Shown here: positions 58,129-64,000 of the stretch, piece by piece
Layout of the letters: each line of letters starts with the position of its first letter
How positions within the stretch are numbered: the first letter of the stretch is position 1
Made by a program: the position numbers and the translations under genes
The notes under the pieces: generated by a model
What the model was told of the DNA's origin: nothing
What the model saw: only the letters and a program-made list of their open reading frames with translations
Database searches by the model: none
Source of the DNA: Methanospirillum sp.
Lineage (GTDB): Archaea > Halobacteriota > Methanomicrobia > Methanomicrobiales > Methanospirillaceae
Assembly (NCBI GenBank): GCA_012728895.1
Contig: JAAYEG010000065.1
Span: forward strand, 7,538 to 71,537
Length of the DNA: 64,000 nucleotides
Reading direction: 5' to 3'

Positions 58129-58415
58129 GTCGACACCTCGTCGAGCAGGGCATCCTTCACCAGCGGTCCCACCACGCTCTTCACCGGGTCGTCGAGCCGG
58201 TCGGCCCTGACCAGCATCAGGCAGCAGGTCTCGCCGCCCGTCTCCCAGCCGATCACCGCGAGCTTGCTGCCGGGGCTGATCCCCGCCCGCACCCGAAGGT
58301 CCTTCGGGAGGAGAAGCTGCCCGCGCTCGTCGATCGTCACGATCGCCTCGAGCGAGCAGCGGCCGGCCGGACCGGGAGCTGAACAGCAGGGTTCGTCCGT
58401 TCTGACCATGTCCAT
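58125..58415 (-). CDS. AbrB/SpoVT-type small DNA-binding-domain protein with two vicinal Cys pairs
   Basis: [27 protein letters not shown] (looped-hinge-helix pattern). CC occurs at residues 10-11 and 64-65. The stop overlaps the arsM start (ATGA). Confidence 0.75.
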   Translation of the reverse strand: MDMVRTDEPCCSAPGPAGRCSLEAIVTIDERGQLLLPKDLRVRAGISPGSKLAVIGWETGGETCCLMLVRADRLDDPVKSVVGPLVKDALLDEVST

Positions 58416-58445
58416 TCAACTGTACTATAGGCAGGGCTGGATGAT

Positions 58446-58479
58446 GAATTTTCTTGCAATGCGCAATTCTCTGAAAATT
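58446..58479. promoter_or_regulatory. dyad symmetry AATTTTC-N19-GAAAATT in the divergent promoter between the AbrB-like gene and the C_GCAxxG gene
   Basis: Read directly from the most AT-rich part of the 58416..58582 spacer. Confidence 0.3.
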
Positions 58480-58582
58480 ACGATCCCGATCCACCGTGAC
58501 CGCGCCATGGGCGATACCGGGGGATATCCCGATCGGGGTGTCGGTGACCGGTATAAAACCGGTGAGGCCGAACGAGAGAGGC

Positions 58583-59038
58583 ATGAGTACGGACCGTCCC
58601 GAGAGAGCCGTCGCCTGCCTCGATGCCGGGTTCTCGTGCGCCCAGGCGATCTGCCAGGTCTGCGGCCCGGAGTTCGGCCTCTCACGCGATACGGCCAGCC
58701 GGATCGCGGCGGGACTGGGCGCGGGAATGGCCAGGACCGACGATATCTGCGGCGCCGTCTCGGGCGCGGTGCTGGTCCTCGGGCTCGCGTACGGAGGCAA
58801 CCTCGAGGACGCCGTACCCGCGCGGGAACGGACCTACGCCGCTGTTCAGAAGTTCATCGCGGCCTTCACGGCGGCGCAGGGTTCCGTCTCGTGCACCGGG
58901 CTGCTCGGGTATAATCTCGGCGACCTGGACGAGTTCGCAGCGGCACGGCAGGCCGGCATCGTCAGGCGAGTCTGTCCGGCCATGGTCCGGGCCGCCTCGG
59001 AGCTCCTCGAGGAGATGCCGGGCCAGCCCGGGGAATGA
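58583..59038 (+). CDS. C_GCAxxG_C_C family redox protein
   Basis: [17 protein letters not shown]...[24 protein letters not shown]...SCTGLLG...VCPAMV. Confidence 0.75.
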   Translation: MSTDRPERAVACLDAGFSCAQAICQVCGPEFGLSRDTASRIAAGLGAGMARTDDICGAVSGAVLVLGLAYGGNLEDAVPARERTYAAVQKFIAAFTAAQGSVSCTGLLGYNLGDLDEFAAARQAGIVRRVCPAMVRAASELLEEMPGQPGE

Positions 59039-59525
59039 AAGGATCCCCGCTGGCCCTCGTGTCCGCCACATCCGGGGTGGACACCGCACTCCGGATACCG
59101 ACCCGTCGGGCCTTGTGGCTCACGGTGTCACGAGAGGAACCGCCGGCGAGGGTGCAGGCGATTCACTCCCCGGTGCTACTCTCACCCGGGAGCTCGCCTG
59201 GAATCCGGAACGACCGCGCCTGGACGCTTGCCTGCCCGATCACGGCCTCGAGCGTGACCTGGCGCGAGAGGTCGCCGATAGCGCGCAGAGCTGGAACTGC
59301 ACCGATGACGCGTGCCGTGGTCCCCGATGACTGGCGAGCCGCGGAGCGGGAGCCCGACGGCATCACACTGGCCCGCGCTGGATCCGTGCCGGCCGGTACG
59401 GTTCCGGCCTGACCGGATTCCGCGCCGGATACGGGCAACCCGGTCCCGGTTCGACGGCCTTCGCCGATATATTTTTCATCGGCAGACCGCCATTCGCTGA
59501 TCAGCGCACCGATGTGAGGGCGGGC

Positions 59526-60723
59526 ATGGAACCGGATGCCATCGGAGGATATGTACACCCGGGGTTCGAGGAGGTCCGGGACGCCTTCGTCGAGAACTTC
59601 GAGCGCCGCAACGAGCTCGGCGCCGCCTGCTGCGTGTACCACCGCGGGGAGCGGGTGGTCGACCTCTGGGGCGGCGTCCGGGACAGGGCGACGGGCGAGC
59701 CGTGGGAGGAGGACACCATGGTCCTGGTGTACTCCTCGACGAAGGGCATGGCCGGCCTCGCCATGGCGCTGGCCCACTCGCAGGGCCTGTTCGACTACGA
59801 CGAGCGGGTCGGCGCATACTGGCCGGAGTTCGGCCAGCGGGGCAAGGAGCGGATCACGGTCCGGCAGCTCCTCGCGCACCAGGCCGGGCTGCACGTGCTC
59901 GACGAGAGGCCGACCCGGGAGCTCGTCGCGGACCCCGACCGGCTCGCGGCCGTGCTCGCGCGGCAGCGGCCGGCGTGGGAGCCGGGGACGCGCCAGGCCT
60001 ACCACGGCATCACCATCGGGTTCTACGAGAGCGAGCTCCTCCGCCGGGTGGACCCGGAGCACCGGACCATCGGGCAGTTCTTCCAGCAGGAGATCGCCGG
60101 CCCCCTGGGCCTCGACTTCTACATCCGGCTGCCCGGGGAGATCCCGGACTCCAGGCTGGCGAGGCTCGAGCGGTTCGGCATGGCGGAGATCTTCTCCGCC
60201 GCGGTGCCGCTCCCGTTCATGCTCACCGTGATGAACCCGCGCTCGAGCTTCCGCCGGTGCCTGCTGGGGTCCGAGCTGCCCGAGGAGGACCGGGAGCAGG
60301 TCTACGCCCGGAACCTGGAGGTGCCGGCCGGCGGCGGCGTCGGCACGGCCCGGGCCATGGCGAAGGCCTACGGCGTCTTCGCGAACGGGGGGGCCGGGCT
60401 CGGGGTGCGCGAGGAGACGCTCCGCGAGCTCATGGCCCCCGCCGTCCCGCCGGTCCGCGGGTTCCGGGACGAGTGCCTGAAGGCGGAGGTCCCGTTCTCG
60501 CTCGGGTTCTCGAAGCCTCACCCCGGGAACCCCTACGCGCATCCCGGCGCCTTCGGCATGCCCGGGACCGGGGGGGTCCTTCGGGTTCGCAGATCCCGGG
60601 GCCCGGATCGGCTATGCATACGTCATGAACCGGATGGGGGCGCACCTGGAGGACCCGCGGGACAGGGTGCTCCGCACGGCCCTCTGGCGCTCTCTCGGCG
60701 ATCCGGACCCGTACCCTGCGTGA
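59526..60723 (+). pseudogene. serine hydrolase of the beta-lactamase/esterase (class C-like) family, frame broken at a G7 tract
   Basis: SSTKG (SxxK). After GAFGMPGTGG the expected C-terminus SFGFADPGARIGYAYVMNRMGAHLEDPRDRVLRTALWRSLGDPDPYPA* continues in the +1 frame to TGA 60721..60723. The junction is 60570..60576. The span is 3n+1 nt. Confidence 0.8.
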
Positions 60724-60805
60724 GCCGGCGCGCCCGGGCCACGGAACAGGGAGGTATTTTTTTCCCGGGGGAGGGCGAGAGGTGCACAGGCACGGGGGCC
60801 TCTTC

Positions 60806-61330
60806 ATGAACGTCGTGGTGGTGTATGCGAGCAGGTACGGGTCGACGAAAGGGATCGCGGAGTCCATCGCCGCGAGGCTGCGGGAGCGCGGGCTCGAGGC
60901 GGAGGCGCGGAGCGTCGATTCGAACCCCGACCCCGGGGCGTACGACGCGGTCGTGCTCGGCAGCGCGGTCTACCTGGGCCGGTGGATGAAGGAGGCCGCG
61001 GAGTTCGCGGAGCGGAACCGGGCGGCCCTGGCATCGAGGCCGGCCTGGCTCTTCTCCAGCGGCCCGCTCACCCTCAAGGACGGGGTCACGGTGGACGACC
61101 CCGACGTGGTTCCCACCGACATCGCCTCGCTCAGGGACGCCATTCATCCACGCGACCACCGGGTCTTCTTCGGGGCCCTGGACCCGGGGAAGCTCGGCTT
61201 TGCCCAGCGGGCGATGCGCATGCTCCCGGCCGCCCGGGCCGTCCTGCCCGAGGGCGACTTCCGGGACTGGGACGCGATCGGGGCCTGGGCGGACGGGATC
61301 GCGGCGGCGGTAAAAGATCGGACATCGTAA
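60806..61330 (+). CDS. flavodoxin-domain protein (HemG/flavodoxin_5-like)
   Basis: MNVVVVYASRYGSTKGIAESIA...YDAVVLGSAVYLGRW. Confidence 0.8.
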   Translation: MNVVVVYASRYGSTKGIAESIAARLRERGLEAEARSVDSNPDPGAYDAVVLGSAVYLGRWMKEAAEFAERNRAALASRPAWLFSSGPLTLKDGVTVDDPDVVPTDIASLRDAIHPRDHRVFFGALDPGKLGFAQRAMRMLPAARAVLPEGDFRDWDAIGAWADGIAAAVKDRTS

Positions 61331-61583
61331 AGTCCGCGACGACCCTGCGGGCGGAGGGGACCGGCACGCCCCTCCGCGCGGCCTGATACGGGGCTGCTCC
61401 GTTCTCCTGGAGCCAGTTGTCGAAGATCTGGCGGCCCCCCGTCGATGACTCTCGAACGACCTGAAAGGGACTTGGGCCGCTCGCGTTTTGTCCCGATCAG
61501 GCACAGGCGTTACTATACGGGCCGGGTGGGTTGCGCTGGGCGCGGCGTCGGCCGCCGGCCTCGCCCTCCCGCACCGCGGGCGC

Positions 61584-61660
61584 ACGCCCATGGAACTGAG
61601 GCATCCCGTCATCGTCGCAGGGGAGGGGCCGCGCATGGCGCGGCGGGGGGGGGGGGCGGC
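61584..61660. repeat. copy A of a degenerate direct repeat flanking the SdpI-like gene (contains hairpin CCGCGC-ATG-GCGCGG and a G12 tract)
   Basis: The core gtcatcgtcgcaggggaggggccgcgcatggcgcggcgg matches copy B at 35 of 39 positions. Confidence 0.7.
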
Positions 61661-61843
61661 GGCGCTGGCAGTCATCGCCCGGAAAAATGCCCCTGCCGAC
61701 CCGGGATCGCGGTACCGGCGCGGGGCGGGTGCCCTGTTCCCTTCGGCCGTGAGGCCTCCGGGCACACCGCGGGGACCGCGACGACCGCCCGGGATTGCCG
61801 GCGGTGAAAGGATAATGCGCCGGCGCGTCCCCATACTTATCTA

Positions 61844-62488
61844 ATGACGCCCGTCCGCTACGGCATCCTCCTCCTCGTCGTCCTGACGCTGGCGGTCACG
61901 GTAATCGCGTACCCGGCGCTCCCGGACCGGATCCCCTCCCACTGGAACGCCGCGGGCGAGGTGGACGGCTACCTCCCGACGCCCTGGGGCGTGCTGATCG
62001 TCCCGCTGCTGATGATCCCCTTCGCCGCCCTGCTCTTCCTGCTGCCGAGGATCGACCCGCTCAAAGCGAATTACCGGAAGTTCCGGCCGTACTACGACGG
62101 GTTCATCCTGGTCTTCGTCGGGTACCTCTTCGTCATCCAGCTGCAGATCCTCCTCTGGGGGCTGGGTTACCCGGTCAGCCCCAACCTCCTCTACCCCGTC
62201 CTCTTCGGCGGGCTGTTCATCTATATCGGGTTCATGCTCGAGCACGCCGAGCAGACCTGGTTCGTGGGGATCCGCACGCCCTGGACGCTCTCGAGCGAAC
62301 GGGTCTGGAAGAAGACCCACGCCCGCGGCGGCACCCTCTTCAAGGTCGCCGGCATCGTCTCGATGGCCGGCGCGCTCTTCGGGCCGTACGCGCTCTGGTT
62401 CATCCTGGTGCCGGCGCTCGCCGTCTCGGCCTACCTGGTGGTCTACTCGTACCTCGAGTTCCGGAGGGAGGAGGGAGTGCCGGGGTGA
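61844..62488 (+). CDS. SdpI/YhfL-family membrane protein (DUF1648 + SdpI immunity-like)
   Basis: LPDRIPSHWNAAGEVDGY and GIRTPWTLSSERVWKKTH. About 6 TM helices. Confidence 0.8.
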   Translation: MTPVRYGILLLVVLTLAVTVIAYPALPDRIPSHWNAAGEVDGYLPTPWGVLIVPLLMIPFAALLFLLPRIDPLKANYRKFRPYYDGFILVFVGYLFVIQLQILLWGLGYPVSPNLLYPVLFGGLFIYIGFMLEHAEQTWFVGIRTPWTLSSERVWKKTHARGGTLFKVAGIVSMAGALFGPYALWFILVPALAVSAYLVVYSYLEFRREEGVPG

Positions 62489-62536
62489 TGGCCGGCGCGG
62501 CATCGCCCGGCGGCGTTGCTCATCAACACGGGGGGT

Positions 62537-62610
62537 ACGTCCATCGAGCAGGGACATCTCGTCACCGTCGCAGGGGAAGTGCCGCGCAGGGCGCGGCGGA
62601 GGGGGCGGCG
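62537..62610. repeat. copy B of the direct repeat (hairpin CCGCGC-AGG-GCGCGG)
   Basis: The core is gtcaccgtcgcaggggaagtgccgcgcagggcgcggcgg. See copy A. Confidence 0.7.
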
Positions 62611-62857
62611 CGAGCCCCTCACCGGGCCGGCGAGCAGCGATAGCGGGAGCGGGCCGGCATTTCCGCGGCAACAGACGCCGCCCGCTACCGGGGGGGCAGC
62701 GCCGGCAAAGAGCGCGTACCCTTGGAGCACTGGTCGAGCCCGTTCACGGAGCTGTCGCCGTGGAATGCCAGCTCGGTTCGTTATTCGCACAGCACGGCAG
62801 GGGTGAAAACGACAGCGCTATATCCATTCCCATGGCATCACGATCCAGCGATCTAGA

Positions 62858-64000
62858 ATGGCAACATACCTAGCGACAGTGACGCTTGAGTCGCACTCCG
62901 ATAAGAGCCCCGATAAGAACGAAGAACGCCTCGACTGCGCCCTCGCCATCGCCGACCGGGTGGCCTCGACCGTCCCCGGCGACTGCGTCCTCCTCTTCCC
63001 CGGTGGCTGGTTCCACACCGGCGGCAGTCGGGCGGACAGCATCATCCCGTCCGTCACTGCCCGGGTGATGGAACAGCTCGCGACATACCCGAACGACCTG
63101 GTCCTCGCGTTCGGCGTCGACGGCCTGATGACGCCCAAGGGATTCGACCGTGACCAGCTGGGGCTCGCCGTCGGGCGGCAAGGCTTGCTCGCCCTCGGCC
63201 GGAAATTCTACCTCTCCAAGGAAGATAAGAAGGGTGACGTCCTCAAGACCGAGGACCATCTCGCCCGCGAACAGGGATACGACCGGGTATTCATCTTCAA
63301 CGGCCGCCGGTTCTTCATCGCCGTCTGCTACGATGCCAGGGGAATTATCGCGCTACGGCTCGAGAACCCCGAGCCCGGGAAGATCGATGTTGTCCTCAAC
63401 ATGGTCCACTTCTTTTACCAACCTCTGACCCGTGAGGAGAGGGAGGATCCCAATGTTGAAGGACGACCCTCGGGAGTCATATACAACGTCCGGAACCTCG
63501 TCGCAGGTGCGTCCAAGCAATGGGAATGCCCGGCCTTCGCCACGGCCACGTTCGTGAACCGGGGTATTACGGAGAAATACCGGACGGGGATGTACTGGCG
63601 GATGGGCGGTGAATCGGTCACGAGGTGCGGGATCGATGACAACAGCCTTCGGCCCCTCGACATGCTCGGCTTCCGCCAACCCTGCCCCGAAGGCACTGCC
63701 GAGGTCCGCGTCTATGACCTCGACCGGGTCTTGGCCGAGCCTGAGGCGTGCCGGTACGGGCCCGGGGAAAGCGTGCCACGGGCCGCCTGCGCACGGCGGG
63801 CGGGGATGAAGCCGGTACTGCCAGTCCGTTACCCCGGTGCCTTCAACAAGGTGAGGGATAAGGTGGAGGAGAACGGCGCGGGCGAGGTCTTCGACACGCT
63901 CGTCGATGGGCTGGCGCCGATCTTCGGCGATGACCGTCACGAGCAGGACACCCAGGTGACGTTCTTCGGCCCGAACCGCGTCGGGTACGATAACGTGGAG
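62858..64000 (+). CDS. uncharacterised protein, 5' part (open to window end); weak carbon-nitrogen-hydrolase-like pattern
   Basis: Own translation from ATG 62858: MATYLATVTLESHSDKSPDKNEERLD...CVLLFPGGWF...GRKFYLSKED...RRFFIAVCYDARG...; there is no stop through 64000. GC3 is lower than in core genes. It is absent from the ORF track because it is open-ended. Confidence 0.65.
   Translation, partial: MATYLATVTLESHSDKSPDKNEERLDCALAIADRVASTVPGDCVLLFPGGWFHTGGSRADSIIPSVTARVMEQLATYPNDLVLAFGVDGLMTPKGFDRDQLGLAVGRQGLLALGRKFYLSKEDKKGDVLKTEDHLAREQGYDRVFIFNGRRFFIAVCYDARGIIALRLENPEPGKIDVVLNMVHFFYQPLTREEREDPNVEGRPSGVIYNVRNLVAGASKQWECPAFATATFVNRGITEKYRTGMYWRMGGESVTRCGIDDNSLRPLDMLGFRQPCPEGTAEVRVYDLDRVLAEPEACRYGPGESVPRAACARRAGMKPVLPVRYPGAFNKVRDKVEENGAGEVFDTLVDGLAPIFGDDRHEQDTQVTFFGPNRVGYDNVE

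Noticed and set aside
59163-59363. 66-aa minus-strand ORF (MPSGSRSAARQSSGTTARVIGAVPALRAIGDLSRQVTLEAVIGQ...) in the spacer before the beta-lactamase-family gene.
   Set aside because: No ribosome-binding site or promoter element and no recognisable family. It is part of a longer antisense open frame, so the evidence is insufficient.
61645-61656. G-quadruplex potential of the long G-runs.
   Set aside because: These are single uninterrupted tracts rather than four spaced G-blocks. Intramolecular G4 formation is not supported by the local sequence alone.
1-64000. CRISPR arrays, rRNA and tRNA genes.
   Set aside because: I saw no regularly spaced direct repeats, no cloverleaf-compatible ~75-nt GC-balanced segments in the spacers, and no rRNA-like conserved stretches. 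A tRNAscan/Infernal run would be needed to exclude small RNAs formally.

Overview
This is a high-GC (by eye roughly two thirds G+C) archaeal chromosome segment. Protein sequences and gene content look like a methanogen of the Methanomicrobiales type, but that is an inference, not a database result. The left ~18 kb is housekeeping: a queD fragment, the S12-S7-EF2 cluster, aspS, an archaeal MetE-type methionine synthase, a NUDIX hydrolase, a histidine kinase/response regulator pair, a universal stress protein and an ABC-2 exporter. From a transposase remnant at ~18.1 kb onward the window looks accessory and patchy. It holds two paralogous secreted 7-repeat (propeller-like) proteins with dockerin-like tails, an orphan KamA-family radical SAM gene and an acetyltransferase-GT2 fusion. 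It also holds a COG1361/RND exporter pair, modABC plus a compositionally foreign modD, a second ABC-2 exporter and a dynamin-like GTPase. Further right are a ~800-aa DUF362-like/EF-hand protein, an arsM locus with a cysteine-pair AbrB-like protein, an SdpI-like gene flanked by direct repeats, and a lower-GC partial gene at the right edge. The most system-like novelty is a tandemly duplicated module (acetoacetate-decarboxylase-family gene + two SDR genes, twice) followed by an internally duplicated membrane protein at 34.3-40.8 kb. Other recurring oddities: several >1 kb GC-rich stretches without convincing genes; many G/C homopolymers of 7-12 nt, two of which break otherwise intact genes; paralog pairs with conserved promoters. 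No rRNA, tRNA or CRISPR array was recognised. All family calls rest on motif recognition from memory. Many long ORFs in the six-frame track are high-GC out-of-frame or antisense artefacts and were not called.
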